From assembly GCA_019561615.1 (NCBI GenBank), contig JAHEQA010000004.1, forward strand, positions 5,231 to 69,230: a stretch of 64,000 bases of DNA. Direction: 5' to 3'. This DNA is from Methanothermococcus sp. SCGC AD-155-E23 (lineage in GTDB: Archaea; AGJL01; Methanococci; Methanococcales; Methanococcaceae). Below, in pieces: positions 19,366 to 31,577 of this stretch; position 1 is the first letter of the stretch; every line of letters begins with the position of its first letter. The notes below the pieces were generated by a model. That model saw only the letters and a list, made by a program, of their open reading frames with translations, was not told where the DNA came from and searched no databases. The translations under genes were made by a program, and so were the position numbers.

Positions 19366-20538
19366 TTAAAATATCCTTACCCCATGGGCACATCTCCTGG
19401 CCCTCTCCCTTGCAACCTCTACACTATCACCGTAGGCCAGTGCAACACCCATCCTCCTTCCAACCCTTGCTAGAGGTTTACCAAATAACCTTAACTTAGT
19501 ATTTGGAACCTTAAGGGCATCCCCTATATCGTACTGGGGAGCCCACTTATCTATTTTAGACTTAATAACATGACTGGCTCCAGCAGGTACAACCATCTCC
19601 ACCTCTACAGGTAATCCCAGGAGAGATCTAAGGTGTATCTCAAATTGACTCATACTCTGGGTTATCATGGTCACCATACCTGTATCGTGGGGTCTTGGAG
19701 AAACCTCGCTGAATATTACCTCATCCCCCCTGACAAAGAGTTCCACCCCGTATATCCCTCTACCTCCTAGCATGGTAACTATCTCGTAGGCTATCCTCTG
19801 GGCCTCCCTTAGGGTTTTCTCCTCCATGGGATGGGGTTGCCAACTCTCATGGTAGTCCCCCTCTATCTGTATATGGCCTATTGGGGGGCAGAACTTTATA
19901 CCCTCCTCGTTTTTTGCCGTTAGTAGTGTTATCTCGTAGTCGAAGTCTATAAACTCCTCAACTATTACCTTGGAACCACTACCCCTTGCAGAAACCCTGG
20001 CACGCCTCCAGGCCTCCTCTATATCTTTTTTATCCCTTATGACACTTTGTCCCTTTCCCGAGGAGGACATAATAGGCTTAACTACACAGGGGGTTCCCAG
20101 CTGATCTACAGCCTCTTTTAACTCCTCTAAGGATTCTGCAAATCTGTAACCTGCAGTTTTTAATCCAAGTTTTTCCGATGCCAACCTACGTATATACTCT
20201 CTATTCATGGTTATCCTTGTTGCATTGGCGTTGGGAACTACCCTGTATCCAAACTCCTCCATCTCTACAAGGACCTCTGTATCTATGGCCTCTATCTCTG
20301 GGATGATGTAGTCTGGAGTCTCCCTCTCTATAATGGCCCTTAAACCCTCCCCATCCCTCATATCCAGTATATAACTTCTATGGGCAACTTGCATTGCAGG
20401 TGCATGCTGATACCTATCTACAACAACACACTCTAGGCCTAACCTCTGGCCCTCTATAACTATCTCCTTTCCCAATTCCCCTCCACCTAGAAGTAGTATC
20501 TTGGTGGCATTTGAGAATAGGGGGGTTCCCACTCTCAC
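19366..20538 (-). CDS. purT: Formate-dependent GAR transformylase
   Basis: [40 protein letters not shown]; GTG start after GGTGA. Confidence 0.95.
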   Translation of the reverse strand: MRVGTPLFSNATKILLLGGGELGKEIVIEGQRLGLECVVVDRYQHAPAMQVAHRSYILDMRDGEGLRAIIERETPDYIIPEIEAIDTEVLVEMEEFGYRVVPNANATRITMNREYIRRLASEKLGLKTAGYRFAESLEELKEAVDQLGTPCVVKPIMSSSGKGQSVIRDKKDIEEAWRRARVSARGSGSKVIVEEFIDFDYEITLLTAKNEEGIKFCPPIGHIQIEGDYHESWQPHPMEEKTLREAQRIAYEIVTMLGGRGIYGVELFVRGDEVIFSEVSPRPHDTGMVTMITQSMSQFEIHLRSLLGLPVEVEMVVPAGASHVIKSKIDKWAPQYDIGDALKVPNTKLRLFGKPLARVGRRMGVALAYGDSVEVARERARRCAHGVRIF

Positions 20539-20608
20539 ATTTTCACCGTTAGTGTATTTAAGACTTAATAGACTTATAATCATATATAAAACAATCCTGT
20601 GATAGAAA

Positions 20609-21136
20609 ATGTTAAGGCTTATCTACCAGGGTAAATTGCTAAGGGAGGGAAATAGAATATTGGAGGCCTCCTCCTCTGTAACCCTCATTGAAACTGAGAG
20701 ACATAGGATAGTAGTGGACACCTCCTCCCAGGATAAGGGGGATGTTGTATTGAAAGGTTTAGAGAGGTTAGGTCTCTCTCCCAGGGATATAGATGTAGTG
20801 ATAAATACCCACAGCCACTGGGATCATGTGGGAAATAACTACCTCTTTAAAAATGCAGAGTTTATCAACTATGAGAACTACAGGTCCTTTAAGGACAGGG
20901 AGATAGAAATCCTGGAGACACCTGGGCACACCTGGGACAGTATCTCTGTTCTATACGGAGACTATATAGTGGTAGGGGATGCAGCCCCCCTGAAGGATAA
21001 CATAGTAAAGGAAGTTGCACCGGGAATATGTGTTGACAGGGATTTAGCCCTTAAAACCTTAAAGAGGATTAAATCCCTTGGAAAACATATAGTTACCGGC
21101 CATGACGGCATATACTTCCAGGGATCTAAAAAATAG
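20609..21136 (+). CDS. Metallo-beta-lactamase fold hydrolase
   Basis: THSHWDH, TPGHT, GDA, TGHD. Confidence 0.9.
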   Translation: MLRLIYQGKLLREGNRILEASSSVTLIETERHRIVVDTSSQDKGDVVLKGLERLGLSPRDIDVVINTHSHWDHVGNNYLFKNAEFINYENYRSFKDREIEILETPGHTWDSISVLYGDYIVVGDAAPLKDNIVKEVAPGICVDRDLALKTLKRIKSLGKHIVTGHDGIYFQGSKK

Positions 21137-21139
21137 AGG

Positions 21140-22405
21140 GTGATGGTATTGGAGGACTACTACCTAGATAGAATAATGGAGATAGGGGAGAGGAGGGGCT
21201 TTCAGGTTGACATCTTTGTATCGAGATCTGAGGATCTAAGCTGTGAGTTAGACGGAGATACTTTAGACTCCTTTCAGGAGGATAGAAGTTTTGGTATTGG
21301 TGTAAGGGTGTTGAAGGATGGTAAGGTGGGATTTGCCTACTCCACAGAGGAGGAGGTGGATGTGATCTACAGGGCTATGGAGAACCTCATCCCTGATAGA
21401 TACACCTCCATCCCAGAACCTAGTAAGGATATGCCAGATCCAAAGGGTATTTTTCACAGGGAGGTTTTAGATATAGGGGAGGAGGATCTCCTGGAGGACC
21501 TTAACACCATGAGGGATATACTTAAAGAGGGAGGTATTACAGTTACTGGAGGTACTGTGGAGAGATCCTACCTGTACAACAGGGTGTTAAACTCCAAGGG
21601 CTTAGATGTTGAGGAGGAATTTACCTACTACTCCGCCTCAATCTCTGGGATAAAGGAGGGTGAAACAGCCTACGACTATCTAACTAGGACCTATAGATTC
21701 AAGGTGGAGGAGTTGGGGGAGTACGTTAAGGATCTCCTCTCCCTACCTCGGGGAGTCAAGGTTCCATACAGTGGTAAGATCCTCCTAACACCTAGGGTGT
21801 TAAACTCCCTCCTAGCCTATACCTTACTACCCTCCTTCAGTGCCGAGAACGTCCAGAGGAATAGATCTGTCTTAAGGGGGAAGGTTGGGGAGCAGGTAAT
21901 GGGAGAGTATATAACTATAGTAGACGATGGTACCTTGGATGGAGGGTTGTACTCCAGTAAGGTAGATGGAGAGGGTGTTCCCCGTAGGAGAACAGTTCTA
22001 GTGGAGAAGGGTGTCTTGAAGGGGTACCTCTACGATATAAAGAGGGCTAATAAAGAGGGGAAGGAATCCACAGGTAATGGAGCTAGGGACTACGACACCT
22101 TACCAACTATCTCCCCCTCCAATGTAATTATAGACCCTGTTGATAAGTTGGAAAATTACAGTGAATACCTCCAGATAAATGGTCTTATTGGATGCCACAC
22201 CTCCAACCCAATAACTGGAGATTTCTCAGTTGAGATCTCAAACAGCTATATAGTTAAGGATGGTGAGAGGATACCTGTGAGGAAGGGGATGTTCTCAGGT
22301 AACATATTCCAGATACTTAGAGATGCCATACCTATGGACGATGTATCCCAGAGGGGAAGGTTGATATCACCCTCTCTCATAATAGAGGGGAGGATAGTGG
22401 TATAA
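21140..22405 (+). CDS. TldD/PmbA family protein (PmbA-like)
   Basis: GIGVRV, DGEG, GNG.R, NPITGDFS motifs. Confidence 0.88.
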   Translation: MMVLEDYYLDRIMEIGERRGFQVDIFVSRSEDLSCELDGDTLDSFQEDRSFGIGVRVLKDGKVGFAYSTEEEVDVIYRAMENLIPDRYTSIPEPSKDMPDPKGIFHREVLDIGEEDLLEDLNTMRDILKEGGITVTGGTVERSYLYNRVLNSKGLDVEEEFTYYSASISGIKEGETAYDYLTRTYRFKVEELGEYVKDLLSLPRGVKVPYSGKILLTPRVLNSLLAYTLLPSFSAENVQRNRSVLRGKVGEQVMGEYITIVDDGTLDGGLYSSKVDGEGVPRRRTVLVEKGVLKGYLYDIKRANKEGKESTGNGARDYDTLPTISPSNVIIDPVDKLENYSEYLQINGLIGCHTSNPITGDFSVEISNSYIVKDGERIPVRKGMFSGNIFQILRDAIPMDDVSQRGRLISPSLIIEGRIVV

Positions 22406-22415
22406 CAATAAAGGG

Positions 22416-23279
22416 GTGATTTTAGTGAGATGTGCTGAAAAACATGAAAGCTGTGCATCGAGGGATAGCTGTAGTAGAAGGTTGATAGATATCCAGGATG
22501 CAAAGATAAGAGAGAACATGAGTAGGATAAAACATAAGATAGGGATACTAAGTGGTAAGGGGGGTGTTGGTAAAACCACTGTAACGGTAAATCTAGCTAC
22601 TGCCTTAAACTCCATGGGGAAGAAGGTAGGTATCTTAGATGGGGACATACATGGACCAAATGTCCCTAAGATGCTAGGGGTGGAGGATGCCCGACCCTAT
22701 GTAGATGAGAGGGGTATCCACCCCATCACCACACCTGAGGGAATAAAGGTTGTTTCCATAAGTTACTTCCTACCAGATAGAGATACACCTGTGATCTGGA
22801 GGGGACCTAAGATAAGTGGTGCAATTAGACAGTTCCTAAGTGACGTGGTATGGGGGGAGTTGGACTACCTACTTATAGATACACCTCCAGGAACAGGGGA
22901 TGTTCAACTTACTATAATGCAGTCCATCCCTGATATAGATGGAGTAGTTATAGTTACAACACCTGAGGAGGTTGCACTCCAGGATGCAAGGAGATCTGTG
23001 GCAATGGCCAGGATGTTAAACATCCCTATACTGGGGCTTATTGAGAATATGGCTGGATTTGTATGTCCCTACTGTAACAAGGTGGTAGATATATTTGGAA
23101 GGGGAGGGGGAGAGAGGGCAGCTAAGGAGTTAGGTATAGACTTTTTAGGAAGGATACCCTTAGATGTGAAAGCCAGGGAGGCCTCAGATAGAGGGGTACC
23201 TATGGTACTCCTGGACTGTCCAGCCTCCAAGGAGTTTAAAAAGATAGTTGAAAAGATCATCAAAAAGTTAGAGGGATAA
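22416..23279 (+). CDS. Mrp/ApbC/Nbp35 Fe-S carrier ATPase
   Basis: SGKGGVGKT, DGDIHGP, IWRGP, DTPPGTGD, ENM..CPYC. Confidence 0.93.
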   Translation: MILVRCAEKHESCASRDSCSRRLIDIQDAKIRENMSRIKHKIGILSGKGGVGKTTVTVNLATALNSMGKKVGILDGDIHGPNVPKMLGVEDARPYVDERGIHPITTPEGIKVVSISYFLPDRDTPVIWRGPKISGAIRQFLSDVVWGELDYLLIDTPPGTGDVQLTIMQSIPDIDGVVIVTTPEEVALQDARRSVAMARMLNIPILGLIENMAGFVCPYCNKVVDIFGRGGGERAAKELGIDFLGRIPLDVKAREASDRGVPMVLLDCPASKEFKKIVEKIIKKLEG

Positions 23280-23282
23280 GAT

Positions 23283-23840
23283 ATGAAGATGTTGATAGAG
23301 ACCTTAAAGTCCTCCCCAGTTATAAAGAGGGGGGATTACCATTACTTCGTCCATCCCATATCAGATGGTATACCTCAGGTGGATCCCCCTCTACTGAGAG
23401 AGGTGACAACCTCCATCCTAAAGATCTCCAACATTGAAGACGTAGATAAGATCGTTACGGCAGAGGCTATGGGTATACCCCTGGCAACTACCCTCTCCCT
23501 CTATACAGACATACCCTACGTTATAATGAGGAAGAGGAGCTACAACCTAGAGGGGGAGATTCCAGTATACCAGGAGACAGGGTACAGTAAGGGTAACCTC
23601 TATCTCAATGGAATTAAGAGGGGGGATAAGGTTCTAATTGTTGACGACGTAATATCCACTGGAGGCACCATGGTGGCCATGATCAAGGCCTTGGAAAGGG
23701 CTGGAGCAGAGATAAAGGATATTGTATGTGTAATAGAGAGGGGGAGGGGAAGGGAAGAGGTAAAGAAGAAAACTGGATACGATGTTAAAACCCTTGTTAA
23801 AGTGGATGTTGTAGATGGTAAAGTGGTGATTTTAGAATAA
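23283..23840 (+). CDS. hpt: Hypoxanthine/guanine phosphoribosyltransferase (archaeal type)
   Basis: [29 protein letters not shown]. Confidence 0.88.
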   Translation: MKMLIETLKSSPVIKRGDYHYFVHPISDGIPQVDPPLLREVTTSILKISNIEDVDKIVTAEAMGIPLATTLSLYTDIPYVIMRKRSYNLEGEIPVYQETGYSKGNLYLNGIKRGDKVLIVDDVISTGGTMVAMIKALERAGAEIKDIVCVIERGRGREEVKKKTGYDVKTLVKVDVVDGKVVILE

Positions 23841-23848
23841 TTATTACC

Positions 23849-24433
23849 ATGATTACCATGATACTGAAGGATATCTCAGTTCCAAACCTCTCTGACGCTG
23901 GAGCAAAGGTACTTAAGGGTATAAAACCACTGGGCAACATCCAGGGTGTAGTATTTGGAGAGGCCTTTACAGTTAAAACATCCTCGGAGGATTGGGGTAC
24001 AGTAGTAAAGGCTATCTCCTATAGTAGGGGGAAGGTTATAGTTGTGGAGTGTGAGGGGGAGGAGTATGCAGTATGGGGGGGACTGGCCTCACTTAATGCC
24101 AAGTTAAAGGGTGTAGTTGCAGTGGTTATAGAGGGCTATGTAAGGGATCTAGAAGATATTAGAAGGATAAGATTTCCAGTGTTCTCAAGGGGTTATACAC
24201 CTAGGGCTGGAGCACCCCTAGATAGGGGAGTTATGGGAGTAACTGTAACCTGTGGTGGCACCACGGTAAACCCTGGAGATATAGTAGTTGGAGACTGTAA
24301 CGGTGTTGTGGTAATAGAGAGGGATAGGTTAGGGGAGGTGTTGGAGAGGGTAAGGGAGATTAAGAGAAAGGAGTCCAAGATAAGGGATAGGATAATGAGG
24401 GGCATGGACCTCAAGGATATCCTTGGACTTTAA
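23849..24433 (+). CDS. RraA/HMG aldolase family protein
   Basis: [29 protein letters not shown]. Confidence 0.88.
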   Translation: MITMILKDISVPNLSDAGAKVLKGIKPLGNIQGVVFGEAFTVKTSSEDWGTVVKAISYSRGKVIVVECEGEEYAVWGGLASLNAKLKGVVAVVIEGYVRDLEDIRRIRFPVFSRGYTPRAGAPLDRGVMGVTVTCGGTTVNPGDIVVGDCNGVVVIERDRLGEVLERVREIKRKESKIRDRIMRGMDLKDILGL

Positions 24434-26304
24434 CATCTGTATATTATCTCCCCACAGTTAGGTGGTTTTTTAAAGGGTAGGTCTACCCTCTTCAAGGTTT
24501 CAATAAATCTTCTTACATCCTCATCCTCCAACCTCTCAGATCTAATAAGGAAGTCGTAGTACTCCTCACCTATAGGTATGAACCTTAGGTTGTACCTCCT
24601 GGCAACTGTTTCAATGCCTACCCCTATATCTGCCCTACCTGTGGCAACTGCCCTTGCAACTGCAGAGTGGGTCTTTGCCTCTAGGTTGTAGCCCCTTATC
24701 CTCCCTCTATCTATCCCCCTCTCCTCAAGGAATCTATCAAAGAGTATCCTTGTACCTGAACCCCTGTTTCTATTTATAAATCTATACTTCTCAATGTTTT
24801 TTAAGATGTCCTCCAAGGTTTTCAGGGGGAGGTCCCTTCTAACCATGAAACCCTGTCTCCTTATATACCCCCTGACAAGTACTGCATCTTTAACCCTGTA
24901 CCTCTCTAAGAAGGGTATGTTGTACTGACCATCCTCTCCAAGTAGATGTATCCCTGCAATATCCCCCTCACCTCTCTTTATGGACAACAAACCCCCTATG
25001 GAACCTACGTTGATAACCTTTCCATGTATGTTACCCTCCCTAAGTATAATATCTACACCTATACAGTGGCTACCTACTATACTAAGTCCAAACTTTATAT
25101 CTCCAAAGAGGTGCACCTCAACAGGTTCATCCTCTAGTATCTCCTTCTCCTCCCCTATAACTACATACCCGTCACTGTAGGTCAGGGATGTGATGGCACC
25201 ACTACCCTTGAGAACAGGGTATACAGTATATCCCTCACTACCTCTCACTACAGACACTGGTAGGTACTCCACCCTACCCTTTGCAGAGAGGTATCTAAGT
25301 GGGAAGTGCCCCCTTATACTCCTCCCCTCTCCTCCAAAGAGTACGTTAAACACTGTTAAACAGGAAGTGGGATATCCTGGAAGGCCAAGGATTAACTTAG
25401 GTGTATTATCCTCCCCAGGTACACTACCTATTATCGTGGGCTTCCCAGGTTTTATCTTCAAACCATGGATATGGATCTTCCCTCCAAGTCTCTCTATTAC
25501 CTGGGCAGTTAGATCACCTCTTCCCGCAGAGGTACCACCACTTAGGATCACTATATCGTTGTTATCCTTCAACGCCCTCTTAACAGCCCTTAGGATATCC
25601 TCCTCCCTATCCCTCACAATGCCGTAGAATTTAAAATCCCAGCCCCTCTCCCTTATAGAGGCAGCTAGGGTGTAGGTGTTGACGTCGTATATCTTGTAGC
25701 CTTCCAGGGGTTTCCCAGGATCTATCAACTCATCTCCCGTGGATATCAGTGCAACCCTCAACCTCCTCTTAACCTTTACCCTCCTTCTCCCTATGGCTGC
25801 CAGGGCCCCTATATCCCTTGGGGATAGTAGGGTACCTCTCCTCAGGACAAGTTCTCCAGCCATGATGTCACTACCACAGTACTGTATATTCTCATGAGGT
25901 GCAACTCCCCGGTATACCTTTACAGTGTCTCCCTCCCTCTCTGTATACTCTACCATAACTACTGCGTCACAACCCCTTGGTATAGGCGCCCCAGTTGCTA
26001 TCTCCACAGCCTCTCCCCTTTTAACCTGGATATCTGGAGTGTCACCAGCCCTTATACTTCCAACAACCTTTAGTGTCACTGGATTATCCTCCTGGGCTAG
26101 ATAGGTATCCTCAGACCTTACAGCATAACCGTCCATGAGAGCCCTGTCAAAGGGGGGCACATCTATCTCTGCAACAACATCCTCTGCCAACACCCTGTTC
26201 ACAGCCTCCAAGAGATCTACCTCCTCCCATCCTACACTATCTAGAAATCTATTTACTATCTTCTTCCCCTCCTCAATACTTGAAAGCTTAAGAAACCTCT
26301 TAAT
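24430..26304 (-). CDS. moeA: MoeA molybdo/tungstopterin biosynthesis protein fused to a periplasmic-binding (PBP) domain
   Basis: [49 protein letters not shown]; frame extends to a probable ATT start at 26304. Confidence 0.9.
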   Translation of the reverse strand: MKRFLKLSSIEEGKKIVNRFLDSVGWEEVDLLEAVNRVLAEDVVAEIDVPPFDRALMDGYAVRSEDTYLAQEDNPVTLKVVGSIRAGDTPDIQVKRGEAVEIATGAPIPRGCDAVVMVEYTEREGDTVKVYRGVAPHENIQYCGSDIMAGELVLRRGTLLSPRDIGALAAIGRRRVKVKRRLRVALISTGDELIDPGKPLEGYKIYDVNTYTLAASIRERGWDFKFYGIVRDREEDILRAVKRALKDNNDIVILSGGTSAGRGDLTAQVIERLGGKIHIHGLKIKPGKPTIIGSVPGEDNTPKLILGLPGYPTSCLTVFNVLFGGEGRSIRGHFPLRYLSAKGRVEYLPVSVVRGSEGYTVYPVLKGSGAITSLTYSDGYVVIGEEKEILEDEPVEVHLFGDIKFGLSIVGSHCIGVDIILREGNIHGKVINVGSIGGLLSIKRGEGDIAGIHLLGEDGQYNIPFLERYRVKDAVLVRGYIRRQGFMVRRDLPLKTLEDILKNIEKYRFINRNRGSGTRILFDRFLEERGIDRGRIRGYNLEAKTHSAVARAVATGRADIGVGIETVARRYNLRFIPIGEEYYDFLIRSERLEDEDVRRFIETLKRVDLPFKKPPNCGEIIYRC

Positions 26305-26373
26305 ACTATCCCTCCTAAATTTTTATACTAATTTTTATCAAAATAGCTATAAAAAATCCCCTGAGGTGAAGCT

Positions 26374-27237
26374 ATGAAGGTATATCTTAACGGTAAGTTT
26401 GTAGAGAAGGAGGAGGCCAAGATATCTGTTTACGACCATGGTCTTCTCTATGGGGATGGAGTATTTGAGGGTATAAGGGCATACGATGGAGTTATCTTCA
26501 AGTTAAAGGAACATATAGATAGGCTCTATGACTCTGCAAAATCCATCCTTTTAGAGATACCCCTTTCCAAGGAGGAGATGGAAGAGGTTGTAGTGGAGAC
26601 TGTAAGGGTGAACAAGTTGAGAGATGCCTACATTAGACTGGTGGTTACAAGGGGGATAGGCGATCTAGGGTTAGATCCTCAGAAGTGTAGTAATCCAAGT
26701 GTATTCTGTATAGCGGAGCCTATGAGTCCCCTCCTTGGAGAGAGGGGTATAAGGGTTATAACCTCCTCCATTAGAAGGTTGCCTGTAGATGTTTTAAACC
26801 CTGCTGTAAAATCCCTCAACTATCTAAACAGTATCCTGGCAAAGATTCAGGCAAATTATGCAGGTGTAGATGAGGCCTTCCTCCTGGATACAGAGGGTTA
26901 CGTGGTAGAGGGGACAGGGGATAATATATTCCTGGTTAAAAAAGGTGTTATAAAAACTCCACCTGTATCCTCCAGTATACTTAGAGGTATTACAAGGGAT
27001 ACAGTTATAGAAATAGCCAGGGATTTAGGTTATGAAGTTGTGGAGGACAGGGTTACACTTCACGAGTTATACGTTGCAGACGAGGTATTTATAACAGGTA
27101 CCGCTGCAGAGTTGGTGCCTGTTATAGAGATAGATGGAAGGGTTATCAATGAGGGTAAAATAGGGGAGGTGACAAAGAGGTTGAAAAGGGAGTTTGACAG
27201 GGTAAAGAGGATTTTAGGTAGGAGGGTATACGATTAA
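26374..27237 (+). CDS. ilvE: Branched-chain amino acid aminotransferase
   Basis: DHGLLYGDGVFEGIR, KSLNYLN, EGTGDN, LRGITR. Confidence 0.95.
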   Translation: MKVYLNGKFVEKEEAKISVYDHGLLYGDGVFEGIRAYDGVIFKLKEHIDRLYDSAKSILLEIPLSKEEMEEVVVETVRVNKLRDAYIRLVVTRGIGDLGLDPQKCSNPSVFCIAEPMSPLLGERGIRVITSSIRRLPVDVLNPAVKSLNYLNSILAKIQANYAGVDEAFLLDTEGYVVEGTGDNIFLVKKGVIKTPPVSSSILRGITRDTVIEIARDLGYEVVEDRVTLHELYVADEVFITGTAAELVPVIEIDGRVINEGKIGEVTKRLKREFDRVKRILGRRVYD

Positions 27238-27494
27238 ATCCTCATATAGAAGAGGTAGACCCACAACATCATCAAGATAAGTATTAGGATGGAGAGGATA
27301 GCCAAGGTAGGTGAGTTCCCAATAAGTATGGGAATAGGGCCAATCATGATAATACCTGAAAAAGAAACTTTACCTTCATCCTTCTCTGTCTTATCCTTGT
27401 TTTGAAGTCCATAGGAGATGATTCCAAAGGATACCAGGAAAAAACCGATGATTATAAGAAGTATACCTAGGTGTATAAGGATCAATCTATCCAT
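27234..27494 (-). CDS. DUF131 family membrane protein
   Basis: GIIMIGPIPI motif between TM segments. Confidence 0.8.
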   Translation of the reverse strand: MDRLILIHLGILLIIIGFFLVSFGIISYGLQNKDKTEKDEGKVSFSGIIMIGPIPILIGNSPTLAILSILILILMMLWVYLFYMRI

Positions 27495-27525
27495 GATATC
27501 CCTTTTTTAACTTAAAAAATTAGGA

Positions 27526-28854
27526 TTATTTCCTTAAGAATTTTGAAAGTATAGGGTGCAACTGGGTGATCTGCTCCTGGAGGATCTGCTCGTACAACCT
27601 GTACACTATGGAGACTGTAAGTAGTACACCTGTACCTCCTCCAAGGGCACCTGTGAAATCTGCCAAGGCTGCAAGTAATCCTATGAAGGCTGAACTCATT
27701 ACAGTAATAGGCATTATATACCTTTTTAACCTCTGTTCAATAGCCTTTGTACTCTTCCTAAACCCCTTTATAGCCATGTTGAGACTTCCAAGTCTCCTAG
27801 CCATGGATTTTGCATCTAGACCAGAGGTCTCCACCCAGAATATTCCAAAGAGTATACAGAATACAATCATGAGGATGGTATATACTAGGGCATGAATGGG
27901 ATCAGAGAGAACACTTGATAAACCATAGGGGGTTGTAAAGTAGTAGGCTATACCATCTACAGCCCTCCCCTCTACAAAGCGTCCCAGTATTGGGAACCCA
28001 ATCTTCTCCAGGAACATACCCCAGAGTTGAATGTTTGCAAATAGAGCTGCGGTAAATATCACTGGAATGTTGGAGACGTATATGAACTTTATGGGATACT
28101 TACCTACTGCACCTCTTACCCTACCATGGGCAAGGGGTATCTCCACCCTTAGACACTCTGCATACACCACAACCAGGAATACCAGGATAGTACCTATTAT
28201 TGGGAGGATGTACTCCAGGGCCACTCCAAGTGCCCCCTGTATCATGGCGTCTATGAACTTCCAGAAGTAACCCTCTGGTCCAAAGGCACCTACGAAGATG
28301 GTCTGGGATACACCTGCTGCTATAAAGAGACCTATACCTGAACCTATACCGTACCTTGAGACTACCTCGTCTAGATAGATCAGTAGTATTGCACCTATGG
28401 CTAATTGAAGAACTAGTATCAACATCATCAGAGGAGGTAGAGGTCCAAAGGCTCCTGCACCTACAAATAGTGCACCTTCAAAGAAGGAGAGGAATATGGC
28501 AAGTAACTTCTGTAAACCTTGAAATAGGGCCCTGTTTTCAGGGTTGGAGAGGTCTAACTTTATAACTTCTGCTCCAACTAACAACTGCATTATTATTCCT
28601 GCGGTAACAATAGGACCAATACCCAGTGTAATCAAGGTACCTATTTTAGAGGCAGTTACAGTCTGCCAGAATTCAAATACTGGGGGGATCTGAGCCCCTC
28701 CAGTGTACAGGTCTATAGTCCCCATGATAAAGTAGAGGACGAGAACTATCCCAGTCCACTTCAACTTCTCCTTAAAGGGAATCTCTCTCTCAGGTCTTTT
28801 AACCTCTGGGATGTACTCCAAAATAGGCCTTATTTTACGGAGGAGTTCTTCCAA
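27526..28854 (-). CDS. secY: Preprotein translocase SecY
   Basis: FKEKLKWT, LGIGPIVTAGII, GSGIGLFIAAG, YVSNIP, GGTGVLLTV. Confidence 0.97.
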   Translation of the reverse strand: MEELLRKIRPILEYIPEVKRPEREIPFKEKLKWTGIVLVLYFIMGTIDLYTGGAQIPPVFEFWQTVTASKIGTLITLGIGPIVTAGIIMQLLVGAEVIKLDLSNPENRALFQGLQKLLAIFLSFFEGALFVGAGAFGPLPPLMMLILVLQLAIGAILLIYLDEVVSRYGIGSGIGLFIAAGVSQTIFVGAFGPEGYFWKFIDAMIQGALGVALEYILPIIGTILVFLVVVYAECLRVEIPLAHGRVRGAVGKYPIKFIYVSNIPVIFTAALFANIQLWGMFLEKIGFPILGRFVEGRAVDGIAYYFTTPYGLSSVLSDPIHALVYTILMIVFCILFGIFWVETSGLDAKSMARRLGSLNMAIKGFRKSTKAIEQRLKRYIMPITVMSSAFIGLLAALADFTGALGGGTGVLLTVSIVYRLYEQILQEQITQLHPILSKFLRK

Positions 28855-28890
28855 GGTATCACCGATAATTAGGGAAGGTTAAAAAAATTA

Positions 28891-29322
28891 TTATAACTCA
28901 ACAGCCTCTCCACCGGCAGCCTCTATTTTTTCTTTTGCCTTCTCTGAAAACTCCAGGGCCTTTATTATCATTGGACAGGATATCTTACCCTTCCCTAGAA
29001 CCTTCTCGTACTTAAGTTCTGTTACATCTACTACGATCTTTCCATCCTCTACCTTAAACTTGTCCCTGTTCTTCTGTACAAGTTCGTCGATCTCTCCCAC
29101 ATTTATGGTCCTTGGCTCCTTAACTAGGGATGGATGTCTTGTAAATCCATACTTTCCAAAGTGATCTGGCTTATACTTTACAATATGTATCCACTTGTGC
29201 TTATGTCCTCCTGCCATCCCTCTACCTCCTCTACTTCCAGCCCCCCTATGTTTCTTATGGGATCCATATCCACAGGTTCTACTACCTCTTATCTTTTTAA
29301 CCTTTCTACGTTTCCTTATCAT
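28891..29322 (-). CDS. rpl15: 50S ribosomal protein uL15
   Basis: RGSRTCGYG..RGAGSRGGRGMAG. Confidence 0.96.
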   Translation of the reverse strand: MIRKRRKVKKIRGSRTCGYGSHKKHRGAGSRGGRGMAGGHKHKWIHIVKYKPDHFGKYGFTRHPSLVKEPRTINVGEIDELVQKNRDKFKVEDGKIVVDVTELKYEKVLGKGKISCPMIIKALEFSEKAKEKIEAAGGEAVEL

Positions 29323-29342
29323 TATTCATCACCTCTTAACTT

Positions 29343-29807
29343 TTACATCATCCTCTCCAGTAGTTTATTTATCTCCTTACCCCTGTATCCCAGGGCACCT
29401 CCCACTGAGAAGGGCTTCTTTATACCAGCCTTGTCATATCCCTTCCTTGGAGGATGAAGTCTAAACACAGGTTTTAGAGGGGTGTTCTTCAGTTGTATCT
29501 CCCCCTTCATGATCTTCTCAGCTAACTCCTCAAGGGACATGCCTGTTAACTCCTTTATCTTCTCCTCACTTACCTTCTCATCTCCAGGTAACCTCCCCCT
29601 CTTTAGGATCAACTTTATCAGGGTATCCTTGTCTATCTCTCCGTAGGTTACATAGTCCTTAACCTTCTCAAGCATACCTTTAAAGGTGTCAGTCTCTGGT
29701 ACTATGACACAGTGGTTTACCTTGTGAAGTCTAAGCATCTTCAAGGTATCCTTAATATCCCTCCTAACACCTACGGTACCCCTAACTCGCACAACTGCAT
29801 AGGCCAT
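29343..29807 (-). CDS. rpl30: 50S ribosomal protein uL30
   Basis: [24 protein letters not shown]. Confidence 0.96.
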   Translation of the reverse strand: MAYAVVRVRGTVGVRRDIKDTLKMLRLHKVNHCVIVPETDTFKGMLEKVKDYVTYGEIDKDTLIKLILKRGRLPGDEKVSEEKIKELTGMSLEELAEKIMKGEIQLKNTPLKPVFRLHPPRKGYDKAGIKKPFSVGGALGYRGKEINKLLERMM

Positions 29808-29816
29808 GTTATCACC

Positions 29817-30485
29817 TTAAAATGTCCTACCCTCTGCAATACCAAGGAGCTTCTTGTGCTCTGGCTGATACCTGATACGGTTCAACTTGTTAAGGGCGTC
29901 AAAGGTAGCCATGGCAAAGTTGTATGTTGTTCTAGTATCTCCAAAGGTCTTTGTCCATACGTCCTTTATACCTGCCAGTCCAAGTACTGTTTTAGCGACG
30001 TCTCCAGCAACAAGTCCTACCCCCCTTGGAGCAGGAAGTATCTCTATTTTAACACTGGAACATCTACCCCTTACAGCGTATGGTATGGAGTGAGGTCTTC
30101 CACAACCACACTCCCAGGATCCACATCCCTTCTTAACTCTAATTATGGATAACTTAGCCTGGGCAATTGCCTTTCTAATTGCAGGTCCAACCTCCTTAGC
30201 CTTCCCCATACCTACTCCAACGTATCCATTTTTATTACCTACAACTACAGTTGCCCTGAATCTGGCCCTCCTACCTGACTTGTGCATCCTCTGGACAAGT
30301 GCAACGTCTATAACCTCCTCTGTTATATCTGGTAGGAGGGCATCCACTATCTCAGGTTCCAGGATAGGTAACCCCTTATCCAGTATGTAGTCTATATCTG
30401 TAATTTCACCTTCCTTAACCATTCTCCCTACCTGGGTTTTAGGCTCCCAGGCATCTAAATTAAACTTCTTTCTCTCCATGCTCAT
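29817..30485 (-). CDS. rps5: 30S ribosomal protein uS5
   Basis: [28 protein letters not shown]. Confidence 0.96.
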   Translation of the reverse strand: MSMERKKFNLDAWEPKTQVGRMVKEGEITDIDYILDKGLPILEPEIVDALLPDITEEVIDVALVQRMHKSGRRARFRATVVVGNKNGYVGVGMGKAKEVGPAIRKAIAQAKLSIIRVKKGCGSWECGCGRPHSIPYAVRGRCSSVKIEILPAPRGVGLVAGDVAKTVLGLAGIKDVWTKTFGDTRTTYNFAMATFDALNKLNRIRYQPEHKKLLGIAEGRTF

Positions 30486-31089
30486 GGTTATCACCTTCTT
30501 CAAACTCTAATTTTTCTATCTTCTCCTTTATCTCCTCAAAGTGTTCAGGTAGGTTCTCAGGTGGCAATCCATTTTCCAGGTACTTTGAAAACTGTCTCCT
30601 GTACTTCTCCTCATCCTCCTCCTTTAACATCAGGGCATACCTCCTAATGTGCTCCCCCCTTATCCTCTCCTCATCTGGGAGGATACTTTCACCATGGGGT
30701 ATCTCCATACCGGCGTCTAGGGCACCCTTAAGTACTGCGAAAACTGCAGCCCCCTTTGTAGCACCGTGGAGTCCAATATCTAAAACAGCCTCCTTATATC
30801 CCTTCTTAAGGGCCTTCTTACCTATAAGGTAGCCTAGAAGATAGGCTGCAGGGAGGTTTCCACGGTGCCCCTTGTATCCCAACTTCAAGAGTTCCCTTGT
30901 ATGGGCTGAGACCACAACCCTATCCCCCTTCTCGTCGTACTCCACTATCTGAGCTATAAGGTTGTTAAGGGATTTCCTAACCACCAGTCTAGGTTTCTTT
31001 GAAAGTAGAAGTTTTAACCTCCTCCTGTAATCTGTTTTTCCCTCCCTTCTCCTTCTAAAGGGAACCCTGTACTTAGCACCACGTGCCAT
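30460..31089 (-). CDS. rpl18: 50S ribosomal protein uL18
   Basis: [22 protein letters not shown]. Confidence 0.96.
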   Translation of the reverse strand: MARGAKYRVPFRRRREGKTDYRRRLKLLLSKKPRLVVRKSLNNLIAQIVEYDEKGDRVVVSAHTRELLKLGYKGHRGNLPAAYLLGYLIGKKALKKGYKEAVLDIGLHGATKGAAVFAVLKGALDAGMEIPHGESILPDEERIRGEHIRRYALMLKEEDEEKYRRQFSKYLENGLPPENLPEHFEEIKEKIEKLEFEEGDNHEHGEKEV

Positions 31090-31104
31090 ATTCCTCCCTC
31101 CTTA

Positions 31105-31569
31105 TCATTTTTCCTCCTTTTCCTTTATCAACAGTTCATGCTCCTCCATATACAACCTAAGGTGGCTTCTACTTCTGAAGGCTCCACCCTTTGCCATCCT
31201 GTACAACATCCTGTAGGTACTTCTATCTATCATACCACTGTCTCTAAGTTCCTTCAACATCCTCCTTAGAGGTCTTATTGTGTTTATCCACTTGGTCTTC
31301 TTAGGAGTTCTAGCACCCTTTGCACCTTTCCTTGAACCAGGTCCTCTCCTCCTACCCTTCTTCTTCTGCTCCTTCAACTTCCTAGCTCTCGCCCTACTTA
31401 TACCCTTCTTCTGTTTCTTAACAATTATACCCTCCTTAATCAACTGTCTAATATCGTCCTTTGTTATAGCCATCTTAACTCTATCTAGGTGCTCAGGATC
31501 TATCCAAACTCTGTCAATACCACAGTCCAGTATATCTGCAGCCATCTTCCTCTGAGTTGATACATCCAT
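31105..31569 (-). CDS. rpl19e: 50S ribosomal protein eL19
   Basis: [29 protein letters not shown]. Confidence 0.96.
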   Translation of the reverse strand: MDVSTQRKMAADILDCGIDRVWIDPEHLDRVKMAITKDDIRQLIKEGIIVKKQKKGISRARARKLKEQKKKGRRRGPGSRKGAKGARTPKKTKWINTIRPLRRMLKELRDSGMIDRSTYRMLYRMAKGGAFRSRSHLRLYMEEHELLIKEKEEK

Positions 31570-31577
31570 AGTATCAC

